From the IMG/VR virus record IMGVR_UViG_2711768034_000011: a stretch of 8,060 nucleotides of DNA. One strand, 5' to 3'. Numbering within the stretch: the stretch's first letter is position 1; every line of letters starts with the position of its first letter. This DNA is from a virus (Duplodnaviria > Heunggongvirae > Uroviricota > Caudoviricetes). The notes under the pieces are model-generated. The model saw nothing but the letters and a program-made list of their open reading frames with translations, made no database searches and was not told where the DNA came from. A program made the translations under genes and the position numbers. Positions 1 to 7,129 of this stretch are shown one piece after another.

Positions 1-1254
1 ATGCTGGAACAAATGGGCATTGCCGCGAAGCAAGCCTCGTATAAATTAGCGCAACTCTCCAGCCGCGAAAAAAATCGCGTGCTGGAAAAAATCGCCGATG
101 AACTGGAAGCACAAAGCGAAATCATCCTCAACGCTAACGCCCAGGATGTTGCTGACGCGCGAGCCAATGGCCTTAGCGAAGCGATGCTTGACCGTCTGGC
201 ACTGACGCCCGCACGGCTGAAAGGCATTGCCGACGATGTACGTCAGGTGTGCAACCTCGCCGATCCGGTGGGGCAGGTAATCGATGGCGGCGTACTGGAC
301 AGCGGCCTGCGTCTTGAGCGTCGTCGCGTACCGCTGGGGGTTATTGGCGTGATTTATGAAGCGCGCCCGAACGTGACGGTTGATGTCGCTTCGCTGTGCC
401 TGAAAACCGGTAATGCGGTGATCCTGCGCGGTGGCAAAGAAACGTGTCGCACTAACGCTGCAACGGTGGCGGTGATTCAGGACGCCCTGAAATCCTGCGG
501 CTTACCGGCGGGTGCCGTGCAGGCGATTGATAATCCTGACCGTGCGCTGGTCAGTGAAATGCTGCGTATGGATAAATACATCGACATGCTGATCCCGCGT
601 GGTGGCGCTGGTTTGCATAAACTGTGCCGTGAACAGTCGACAATCCCGGTGATCACAGGTGGTATAGGCGTATGCCATATTTACGTTGATGAAAGTGTAG
701 AGATCGCTGAAGCATTAAAAGTGATCGTCAACGCGAAAACTCAGCGTCCGAGCACATGTAATACGGTTGAAACGTTGCTGGTGAATAAAAACATCGCCGA
801 TAGCTTCCTGCCCGCATTAAGCAAACAAATGGCGGAAAGCGGCGTGACATTACACGCAGATGCAGCTGCACTGGCGCAGTTGCAGGCAGGCCCTGCGAAG
901 GTGGTTGCTGTTAAAGCCGAAGAGTATGACGATGAGTTTCTGTCATTAGATTTGAACGTCAAAATCGTCAGCGATCTTGACGATGCCATCGCCCATATTC
1001 GTGAACACGGCACACAACACTCCGATGCGATCCTGACCCGCGATATGCGCAACGCCCAGCGTTTTGTTAACGAAGTGGATTCGTCCGCTGTTTACGTTAA
1101 CGCCTCTACGCGTTTTACCGACGGCGGCCAGTTTGGTCTGGGTGCGGAAGTGGCGGTAAGCACACAAAAACTCCACGCGCGTGGCCCAATGGGGCTGGAA
1201 GCACTGACCACTTACAAGTGGATCGGCATTGGTGATTACACCATTCGTGCGTAA
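1..1254 (+). CDS. proA: Gamma-glutamyl phosphate reductase (glutamate-5-semialdehyde dehydrogenase), complete 417 aa
   Basis: 417-aa ORF starting at window position 1; I recognise the sequence as enterobacterial ProA; location immediately upstream of thrW matches the known proBA-thrW arrangement (established knowledge). Confidence 0.95.
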
Positions 1255-1368
1255 ATAAAACCGGGTGATGCAAAAGTAGCCATTTGATTCACAAGGCCAT
1301 TGACGCATCGCCCGGTTAGTTTTAACCTTGTCCACCGTGATTCACGTTCGTGAACATGTCCTTTCAGG

Positions 1369-1444
1369 GCCGATATAGCTCAGTTGGTAGAGCAGCGCAT
1401 TCGTAATGCGAAGGTCGTAGGTTCGACTCCTATTATCGGCACCA
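1369..1444 (+). tRNA. thrW: tRNA-Thr (anticodon CGU), 76 nt with encoded CCA end
   Basis: Sequence GCCGATATAGCTCAGTTGGTAGAGCAGCGCATTCGTAATGCGAAGGTCGTAGGTTCGACTCCTATTATCGGCACCA; 7-bp acceptor stem GCCGATA/TATCGGC, D-loop and GTTCGACTCC T-arm motifs, anticodon CGT in the anticodon loop. A known phage integration target. Confidence 0.93.
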
Positions 1445-1458
1445 TTTAAATCAATAAG

Positions 1459-2622
1459 TTACACATCATTAGTACCTTCCTTATTTTTTGACTGGGACAA
1501 ATTTGGGACCGATGGGTTCAGGATCGAGTCTATTTGCCGTGCGTGTTCGGTAAGGTGATTAGGTGCGAGGTGAGCATATCGACGAACCATTTCGATAGAC
1601 TCCCAGCCTCCCATTTCCTGTAACACTGACAACGGGACACCGGCTTGAACCAGCCAACTTGCCCAGGTGTGTCTCAAGTCATGAAATCTGAAATCATCAA
1701 TACCAGCTCGTCTCAGCGCCGCTTTCCAGGCTGTGTTTGCGTCATACCGCATCTTCCTGACTGTTGGCGCTTTCGTTCCGTCTGGTTTGGTACAGCTTTC
1801 CTTGTACACAAATACCCAACGGTGATGATTCCCGATTTGTTTTTTCAATACGCGACATGCAGTATCATTCAGCGCAACGCCAATTGCGCGGTTTGATTTA
1901 CTCTCTTCCGGGTTTATCCATGCCACCCGGCGCTGCATGTCTATTTGTTGCCATTCAAGGTTGATGATGTTCGAGCGTCTTAAGCCTGTTGCCAGTGCAA
2001 ATTCAACAACAGACTTTAATGGCTCCGGACATTCATCAATCAGCCTTTGTGCTTCATGGGGCTCCAGCCAGCGGATCCGTTTATTCTTTGGTTGAGGCAC
2101 TTTAATAATTGGTGCCTTATCCAGCATTTTCCATTCACGCTCTGCGGCTCTTAGTAGGGCCTTTATAAATGAAAGATGCGTAGCCTTCGTTGCAACGGAC
2201 GCTGGTTTTGGCGTGTATTCTGGAACAGGTTTCCCTTTTTTTCTACATGCTTCTGCCCTGAGTTTCCAGTTTTCCTCATGACGCCGGTTCGTCATTTTCT
2301 GCATTGCTGAATAAATTTTTGATTCAGTAATGTCTCTTAGTTGCATTCCTGCGAAATGTTGAAGCCAGAATCCGATCCGGCTTTTGTCATCGTCCAGTGA
2401 TTTTTTATGTGCTTTCTCTTCGAGCCACCTGATACACGCCTCCTCGAACGTCATATCAGGTATTTCACCAAGTTTGCTGACCCGCCATGCTTCAGCCTTT
2501 AGCTTGTCATGGAGCTCTGTCGCCTGCCTTTTGTCCTTTGTTCCAAGAGACTGTTTAAATCTTTTACCGTTCGGCAATGTGAAACTGGCGTACCATATTT
2601 CACCTCTGCGGAAGAGTGACAT
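1459..2622 (-). CDS. int: Phage integrase, tyrosine recombinase, P22-type (387 aa)
   Basis: 387-aa ORF ending 14 nt from the tRNA 3' end; N-terminus [22 protein letters not shown] and C-terminal [13 protein letters not shown]...VRRYAHL catalytic boxes; SD-like AGAGGAAAG upstream of the ATG at 2622. P22 integrates at thrW (established knowledge). Confidence 0.93.
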   Translation of the reverse strand: MSLFRRGEIWYASFTLPNGKRFKQSLGTKDKRQATELHDKLKAEAWRVSKLGEIPDMTFEEACIRWLEEKAHKKSLDDDKSRIGFWLQHFAGMQLRDITESKIYSAMQKMTNRRHEENWKLRAEACRKKGKPVPEYTPKPASVATKATHLSFIKALLRAAEREWKMLDKAPIIKVPQPKNKRIRWLEPHEAQRLIDECPEPLKSVVEFALATGLRRSNIINLEWQQIDMQRRVAWINPEESKSNRAIGVALNDTACRVLKKQIGNHHRWVFVYKESCTKPDGTKAPTVRKMRYDANTAWKAALRRAGIDDFRFHDLRHTWASWLVQAGVPLSVLQEMGGWESIEMVRRYAHLAPNHLTEHARQIDSILNPSVPNLSQSKNKEGTNDV

Positions 2623-2849
2623 TTTCTTTCCTCTGTTATGCCATCACCCGCGCTCACCTGGACAGTATGCAGCGGAGACTGAAGCGCCGCAATGCAGGCT
2701 TGTCGTGTTGTGAGGTAAGGAGATTTTAGTTTAGTGGGGTCTTTGCGTGTTGCCTGTAGGCGGCCTGTTCGTATCCAGTTGGTAGCGGTAGGTCTGGATA
2801 TCTTGAGAAACTGACAGGCCTCATCGAGTGTGAGGCTGTATGATTCCAT
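2499..2849 (-). CDS. xis: Excisionase / AlpA-like helix-turn-helix DNA-binding protein (116 aa from ATG at 2849; the listed ORF extends to a GTG at 2879)
   Basis: HTH-like segment [26 protein letters not shown]; AGAGGT SD 4 nt before the ATG at 2849; sits immediately upstream of int on the same strand. The 3' end overlaps the int 5' end by 124 nt in another frame; the 116-aa size matches my recollection of P22 Xis. Confidence 0.7.
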   Translation of the reverse strand: MESYSLTLDEACQFLKISRPTATNWIRTGRLQATRKDPTKLKSPYLTTRQACIAALQSPLHTVQVSAGDGITEERKCHSSAEVKYGTPVSHCRTVKDLNSLLEQRTKGRRQSSMTS

Positions 2850-3099
2850 GGTTACCTCTGCTTTTTGAACGCATGTCACGTAACTTCTTAATGTGTTCTG
2901 CCGTTTCGATCTCTTCTGCTATCCGATCTGCATCAGCTTTATTCACAGGTTCAAAGTCATGATTAAAGCGGAACATGCTGGCGATACATGTTCCGCCTTT
3001 TCGGATGTAGTGAACTTTGTTGTGGGTAGAACGCAGGATTTTGCAGGGAGTGCCGTGGTGGTCGACGTACCAGGTGTTAGGAAAAATGATTCTGAACAT
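2821..3099 (-). CDS. Hypothetical phage protein, 92 aa, function unknown
   Basis: ORF with SD GAGGTG 5 nt upstream of the ATG at 3099; co-directional and tightly packed with neighbours (29-nt overlap with the xis start). I do not recognise the family. Confidence 0.6.
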   Translation of the reverse strand: MFRIIFPNTWYVDHHGTPCKILRSTHNKVHYIRKGGTCIASMFRFNHDFEPVNKADADRIAEEIETAEHIKKLRDMRSKSRGNHGIIQPHTR

Positions 3100-3146
3100 T
3101 TTTACACCTCAGTTGGACGATGTTGAAATTTGCTGCTTTGAGGCCA

Positions 3147-3365
3147 TCACAATCCCCATTGTTTGTTCTTAAGTTCGATCTCCTCCTGGCAACTTGCACA
3201 AGTCCGACAACCCTGAACGGCCAGGCGTCTTCGTTCATCTATGGGATCGCCACACTCACAACAATGAGTGGCAGATATAACCTGGTGGTTCAGACGACGC
3301 ATTTTTATTGCTGTATTGCGCTGTAATTCTTCGATTTCTGATGCTGAATCAATGATGTCTGCCAT
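3147..3365 (-). CDS. TraR/DksA-family C4 zinc-finger protein (72 aa), putative RNA polymerase-binding regulator
   Basis: Spacing C-x2-C-x17-C-x2-C (CCECGDPIDERRRLAVQGCRTCASC) typical of the DksA/TraR zinc finger; TraR-like proteins are common in lambdoid early-left operons (established knowledge). Confidence 0.8.
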   Translation of the reverse strand: MADIIDSASEIEELQRNTAIKMRRLNHQVISATHCCECGDPIDERRRLAVQGCRTCASCQEEIELKNKQWGL

Positions 3366-3371
3366 CTTCCA

Positions 3372-3467
3372 TTAATCCCTGAATTGTTGGTTAATACGCT
3401 TGAGGGTGAATGCGAATAATAAAAAAGGAGCCTGTAGCTCCCTGATGATTTTGCTTTTCATGTTCAT
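3372..3467 (-). CDS. Putative small ORF, 31 aa (MNMKSKIIRELQAPFLLFAFTLKRINQQFRD), not in the supplied ORF track
   Basis: First ATG overlaps the stop of the upstream 72-aa gene as ATGA; AAGGAG lies 8 nt before the in-frame second ATG; its TAA stop is 6 nt before the TraR-like ATG. It encloses a hairpin plus U-tract, so it may instead be a terminator or attenuator. Confidence 0.3.
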   Translation of the reverse strand: MNMKSKIIRELQAPFLLFAFTLKRINQQFRD

Positions 3468-3679
3468 CGCTCCTTAAAGACGCCGTTTAACATGCCGATC
3501 GCCAGGCTTAAATGAGTCGGTGTGAATCCCATCAGCGTTACCGTTTCGCGGTGCTTCTTCAGTACGCTACGGCAAATGTCATCGACGTTTTTATCCGGAA
3601 ACTGCTGTCTGGCTTTTTTGATTTCAGAATTAGCCTGACGGGCTATGCTGCGAAGGGCGTTTTCCTGCTGAGGTGTCAT
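3464..3679 (-). CDS. Hypothetical phage protein, 72 aa from ATG at 3679 (listed ORF extends to a TTG at 3778)
   Basis: ATG at 3679 overlaps the stop of the upstream 27-aa ORF (ATGA); its stop overlaps the start of the downstream small ORF (ATGA). Product MTPQQENALRSIARQANSEIKKARQQF... is not recognised. Confidence 0.55.
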   Translation of the reverse strand: MTPQQENALRSIARQANSEIKKARQQFPDKNVDDICRSVLKKHRETVTLMGFTPTHLSLAIGMLNGVFKER

Positions 3680-3759
3680 TGAACAAGTCCCATGTCGGCA
3701 AGCATAAGCACACAGAATATGAAGCCCGCTGCCAGAAAAATGCATTCCGTGGTTGTCAT
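3676..3759 (-). CDS. Putative small hydrophobic peptide, 27 aa (MTTTECIFLAAGFIFCVLMLADMGLVQ), not in the supplied ORF track
   Basis: Strong SD GGGAGG (3764-3769) 4 nt upstream of the ATG at 3759; ATG overlaps the methyltransferase stop (ATGA) and its TGA overlaps the next gene ATG (ATGA); hydrophobic core long enough for one membrane helix. Confidence 0.4.
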   Translation of the reverse strand: MTTTECIFLAAGFIFCVLMLADMGLVQ

Positions 3760-4313
3760 GCAGCCTCCCGACGGGCAAGAATCCTTGAGCCGAACGCCAT
3801 CAACTCTCCACGATCAACGGTCGTAAAGTGGCAGTGTGTACGGGGGTATGGGTGCCAGATAATGAGCATCGAGCCTTTATTATTTCCACTGACGGGTTTC
3901 TCAGTGAGTGGGTTAATAAATGCCAGTCGTCCTGCCGTGATGAATCTGACCTCACTGGCGGTTTGTATCGCTTCATGAAACCATCCGACAGATGTGTCAG
4001 CAGGCAATAACATTACACATCCCACACTACTGAATTTGTTTTCAGTGGCTGCCTTTTTCACAAAAGGGGAAATATTGCTGTATGGTGGATTCAACCAGAC
4101 ATAACCAGAGGCATATCCCATTGCTTCAGGCCATGAAGTGGTTAATGTGTTCTGCTCCTGTGAGATAAAAAGCCGACATAGTCGGTTTTTTTCGCTGGCT
4201 GCAGCATCAAGTTGAAAAACGAACTCTGCATTAAGCGCAGCAAAAATCTCTGGTGGTGTGCGCCAGCTGTCGCGATGTTCGGCAGGAGTATTGCTTCCGG
4301 TGAAATCAGTCAT
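3756..4313 (-). CDS. Phage-type DNA N6-adenine methyltransferase (185 aa)
   Basis: NPPY catalytic motif (WLNPPYSN) and N-terminal W-x-TPPEIF...LDAAAS pattern typical of the phage N-6-adenine methyltransferase family; no adjacent restriction endonuclease gene. Confidence 0.85.
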   Translation of the reverse strand: MTDFTGSNTPAEHRDSWRTPPEIFAALNAEFVFQLDAAASEKNRLCRLFISQEQNTLTTSWPEAMGYASGYVWLNPPYSNISPFVKKAATENKFSSVGCVMLLPADTSVGWFHEAIQTASEVRFITAGRLAFINPLTEKPVSGNNKGSMLIIWHPYPRTHCHFTTVDRGELMAFGSRILARREAA

Positions 4314-4369
4314 ACAGCCCCCCGTTTATTATTTATCTCCTCAGCCAGCCGCTGTGCTTTCAGTGGATT

Positions 4370-4403
4370 TCTGATAACAGAAAGGCCGGGAAATACCCAG
4401 CCT
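4370..4403 (-). terminator. Candidate intrinsic terminator between exo and the methyltransferase gene
   Basis: On the minus-strand transcript: AGGCUGGG-UAUUU-CCCGGCCU (8-bp stem including one G-U pair) followed by UUUCUGUUAUC, located 62 nt downstream of the exo stop. Confidence 0.4.
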
Positions 4404-4464
4404 CGCTTTGTAACGGAGTAGATGAAAGTGATCGCGCCTACCCGGATATTATCGCGAGGATGCT

Positions 4465-5145
4465 TCATCGCCATTGCTCCCCAAATACAAAACCAATTTC
4501 AGCCAGTGCCTCGTCCATTTTTTCGATGAACTCCGGCACCATCTCGTCAAAATTCGCCATGTACTTTTCATCCCGCTCAACCACGACATAATGCAGGCCT
4601 TCACGCTTCATGCGCGGGTCATAGTTGGCAAAGTACCAGGCATCTTTTCGCGTCACCCACATGCTGTACTGCACCTGGGCCATGTAAGCCGACTTTATGG
4701 CCTCGAAACCACCGAGCCGGAACTTCATGAAATCCCGGGAGGTAAACGGGCATTTCAGCTCAAGGCCATTGCCGTCACTGCATAAACCATCGGGAGAGCA
4801 GGCGGTACGCATACTTTCGTCGCGATAGATGATCGGGGATTCAATAACATTCACGCCGGAAGTGAACTCAAACAGGGTTCTGGCGTCGTTCTCGTACTGT
4901 TTTCCCCATGCCAGCGCCTTAGCATTAACTTCCGTAGCCACACCGGTGCAAACCTCAGCCAGCAGGGTGTGGAAGTAGGACATTTTCATGTCAGGCCACT
5001 TCTTTCCGGAGCGGGGTTTTGCTATCACGTTGTGAACTTCTGAAGCGGTGATGACGCCGAGCCGTAATTTGTGCCACGCATCATCCCCTTGTTCGACAGC
5101 TCTCACATCGATCCCGGTACGCTGCAGGATAATGTCCGGTGTCAT
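4465..5145 (-). CDS. exo: Lambda-type exonuclease (Red alpha), 226 aa
   Basis: Near-identical to the phage lambda Exo sequence as I recall it ([40 protein letters not shown]...); 4-nt ATGA overlap with bet as in lambda. Confidence 0.95.
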   Translation of the reverse strand: MTPDIILQRTGIDVRAVEQGDDAWHKLRLGVITASEVHNVIAKPRSGKKWPDMKMSYFHTLLAEVCTGVATEVNAKALAWGKQYENDARTLFEFTSGVNVIESPIIYRDESMRTACSPDGLCSDGNGLELKCPFTSRDFMKFRLGGFEAIKSAYMAQVQYSMWVTRKDAWYFANYDPRMKREGLHYVVVERDEKYMANFDEMVPEFIEKMDEALAEIGFVFGEQWR

Positions 5146-5927
5146 GCAGCCACCTTCTGTTCAGAGGCTTTCTGTTTCAGGAATCCAAGAGCTTTCACTG
5201 CTTCGGCCTGTGTCAGTTCCGACGATGCGCGAATGTCGCGGCGAAATATCTGGGAACAGAGCGGCAATAAGTCGTCATCCCATGTTTTGTCCAGGGCAAT
5301 CAGCAGAGTGTTAATCTCCTGCATGGTTTCATCGTTAACCGGAGTGATGTCGCGTTCCGGCTGACGTTCTGCAGTGTATGCGGTATTTTCGACAATGCGC
5401 TCGGCTTCATCCTTGTCATAGATACCAGCAAATCCGAAGGCGAGACGGGCACACTGAATCATGGCTTTATGCCGTAACATCCGTTTAGGATGCGACTGCC
5501 ACGGCCCCGTGATTTCTCTGCCTTCACGGGTTTTGAATGGTTCGCGGCGGCATTCATCCATCCACTCGGTAACGCAGATCGGATGATTACGGTCCTTGCG
5601 GTAAATCCGGCATGTACAGGATTCATTGTCCTGCTCAAAGTCCATGCCATCAAACTGCTGGTTTTCATTGATGATGCGGGACCAGCCATCAACGCCCACC
5701 ACCGGAACGATGCCGTTCTGCTTATCAGGGAAGGCGTAAATTTCTTTCGTCCACGGATTAAGGCCGTACTGGTTGGCGACGATCAACAATGCGATGAACT
5801 GCGCATCGCTGGCATCACCTTTAAATGCCGTCTGGCGAAGAGTGGTGATCAGTTCCTGTGGGTCGACAGAATCCATGCCGACACGTTCAGCCAGCTTCCC
5901 TGCCAGCGTTGCGAGTGCTGTACTCAT
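5142..5927 (-). CDS. bet: Lambda-type single-strand annealing protein Bet (Red beta), 261 aa
   Basis: Near-identical to lambda Bet as recalled ([66 protein letters not shown]...). Confidence 0.95.
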   Translation of the reverse strand: MSTALATLAGKLAERVGMDSVDPQELITTLRQTAFKGDASDAQFIALLIVANQYGLNPWTKEIYAFPDKQNGIVPVVGVDGWSRIINENQQFDGMDFEQDNESCTCRIYRKDRNHPICVTEWMDECRREPFKTREGREITGPWQSHPKRMLRHKAMIQCARLAFGFAGIYDKDEAERIVENTAYTAERQPERDITPVNDETMQEINTLLIALDKTWDDDLLPLCSQIFRRDIRASSELTQAEAVKALGFLKQKASEQKVAA

Positions 5928-5932
5928 CCGTT

Positions 5933-6229
5933 TTATACCTCTGAATCAATATCAACTTGGTGGTGAGCAATGGTTTCAACCATGTACCGGATGTGTTCTG
6001 CCATGCGCTCCTGAAACTCAACATCGTCATCAAACGCACGGGTAATGGCTTTTTTGCTGGCCCCGTGGCGTTGCAAATGATCGATGCATAGCGATTCAAA
6101 CAGGTGCTGGGGCAGGCCTTTTTCCATGTCGTCTGCCAGTTCTGCCTCTTTCTCTTCACGGGCGATCTGCTGGTAGTGACGCGCCCAGCTCTGAGCCTCA
6201 AGACGATCCTGAATGTAATAAGCGTTCAT
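5933..6229 (-). CDS. gam: Lambda-type Gam (RecBCD inhibitor), short 98-aa form only
   Basis: [21 protein letters not shown]... matches lambda GamS; AGGAG SD 7 nt upstream. The GamL-type N-terminal extension starts at an ATG at 6350 but is out of frame here (see findings). Confidence 0.93.
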   Translation of the reverse strand: MNAYYIQDRLEAQSWARHYQQIAREEKEAELADDMEKGLPQHLFESLCIDHLQRHGASKKAITRAFDDDVEFQERMAEHIRYMVETIAHHQVDIDSEV

Positions 6230-6304
6230 GGCTGAACTCCTGAAAATGGCTGTGAAAATAGCGCCCGCGAAATGCCAGGCTGATTAGGAAAACAGGAAAG
6301 GGGG

Positions 6305-6448
6305 TTAGTGAATGCTTTTGCTTGATCTCAGTTTCAGCATTAATATACATTTTTTATAAGCGTCGACGGCTTCACGAAACATCTTTTCATCGCCAATAAA
6401 AGTGGCGATAGTGAATTTAGTCTGGATAGCCATAAGTGTTTGATCCAT
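6305..6448 (-). CDS. kil: Lambda-type Kil (host cell-division inhibitor), 47 aa
   Basis: [33 protein letters not shown]...[10 protein letters not shown] matches lambda Kil as recalled; AGGAG SD upstream. The listed 89-aa ORF 6305..6574 is this gene with a spurious upstream extension. Confidence 0.85.
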   Translation of the reverse strand: MDQTLMAIQTKFTIATFIGDEKMFREAVDAYKKCILMLKLRSSKSIH

Positions 6449-6581
6449 TTTTTGGGACTCCTGGCTGATTAAGTATGTCGATAAGGCGTTTCCATCCGTC
6501 ACGTAATTTACGGGTGATTCGTTCAAGTAAAGATTCGGAAGGGCAGCCAGCAACAGGCCACCCTGCAATGGCATATTGCAT
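6417..6581 (-). CDS. cIII: Lambda-type CIII (FtsH/HflB inhibitor), 54 aa
   Basis: Below the ORF-track length cutoff. Manual translation of the minus strand from the ATG at 6581 gives MQYAIAGWPVAGCP... and ends ...[15 protein letters not shown] with TAA at 6417-6419; AAGGAG SD 7 nt upstream; 32-nt overlap with kil as in lambda. Confidence 0.85.
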   Translation of the reverse strand: MQYAIAGWPVAGCPSESLLERITRKLRDGWKRLIDILNQPGVPKNGSNTYGYPD

Positions 6582-6653
6582 GGTGTGCTCCTTATTTATA
6601 CATAACGAAAAACGCCTCGAGTGAAGCGTTATTGGTATGCGGTAACGCCGCGC

Positions 6654-7022
6654 TCAGGCGGCTTTGATAGTCATATCATCTGAATCAAATATTCCTGATG
6701 TATCGATATCGGTAATTCTTATTCCTTCGCTACCATCCATTGTAGGCCATCCTTCCTGACCATTTCCATCATTCCAGTCGAACTCACACACAACACCATA
6801 TGCATTTAAGTCGCTTGAAATTGCTATAAGCAGAGCATGTTGCGCCAGCATGATTAATACAGCATTTAATACAGAGCCGTGTTTATTGAGTCGGTATTCA
6901 GAGTCTGACCAGAAATTATTAATCTTGTGAAGTTTTTCCTCTGTCATTAAGTCATGGTCGATTTCAATTTCTATTGATGCTTTCCAGTCGTAATCAATGA
7001 TGTATTTTTTGATGTTTGACAT
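6654..7022 (-). CDS. ea10: Lambda-type Ea10 (Ssb-like early protein), 122 aa
   Basis: MSNIKKYIIDYDWKASIEIEIDHD... matches lambda Ea10 as recalled. Confidence 0.9.
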   Translation of the reverse strand: MSNIKKYIIDYDWKASIEIEIDHDLMTEEKLHKINNFWSDSEYRLNKHGSVLNAVLIMLAQHALLIAISSDLNAYGVVCEFDWNDGNGQEGWPTMDGSEGIRITDIDTSGIFDSDDMTIKAA

Positions 7023-7129
7023 CTGTTCATATCCTCACAGAAAAAAATCGCCCTCACATTAGAGGTCAAAGAAGATTTCCAATAATCAGAACAAGTCGGC
7101 TCCTGTTTAGTTACGAGCGACATTGCTCC

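Noticed and set aside
1261-1317. Long-range inverted repeat ACCGGGTGATGC ... GCATCGCCCGGT after proA as a terminator
   Set aside because: The 33-nt loop and lack of a following T-tract make an intrinsic terminator unlikely. I could not place convincing -35/-10 elements for thrW either, so no promoter is annotated.
741-1335. Minus-strand ORFs 741..1052 and 946..1335 antisense to proA
   Set aside because: Entirely or largely inside the well-supported proA frame on the opposite strand; low-complexity products with no start signals. Treated as frame-shadow ORFs.
1645-1964. Plus-strand ORFs 1645..1896 and 1764..1964 inside int
   Set aside because: Antisense to a confidently identified integrase; no SD; Cys- and Pro-rich shadow translation.
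2384-2713. Plus-strand ORF 2384..2713 across the int/xis start region
   Set aside because: Antisense to int and xis; Ser-rich low-complexity product.
2850-2879. GTG start at 2879 giving a 126-aa Xis
   Set aside because: The ATG at 2849 has a properly spaced AGAGGT SD and gives the expected 116-aa size; the GTG extension adds 10 residues with no signal.
2893-3326. Plus-strand ORFs 2893..3126 and 3120..3326
   Set aside because: Antisense to the 92-aa and TraR-like genes, which have SD signals and operon packing; no signals on the plus strand.
3680-3778. Extended 104-aa version of the 72-aa gene (3464..3778)
   Set aside because: Its first codon is a TTG with no SD, and the GGGAGG SD in this region is correctly spaced for the 27-aa ORF in another frame. 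I kept the 72-aa call and noted the alternative.
3673-4421. Plus-strand ORFs 3673..3978, 3828..4010 and 4212..4421
   Set aside because: Antisense to the NPPY methyltransferase gene and adjacent intergenic region; no start signals.
4474-5966. Plus-strand ORFs 4474..4785, 5048..5314, 5071..5364, 5490..5966 and minus-strand ORF 5459..5692
   Set aside because: All lie within exo or bet on the opposite strand or in an alternative frame; exo and bet are near-identical to lambda, so these are shadow ORFs.
5773-6201. ORFs 5773..6045 (+) and 5887..6201 (-) overlapping gam
   Set aside because: Alternative-frame or antisense shadows of gam and the bet start.
6449-6574. 89-aa ORF 6305..6574 as a single gene
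   Set aside because: Its C-terminal 47 aa are Kil; the upstream extension is cIII read in a different frame. Kil and cIII are annotated separately instead.
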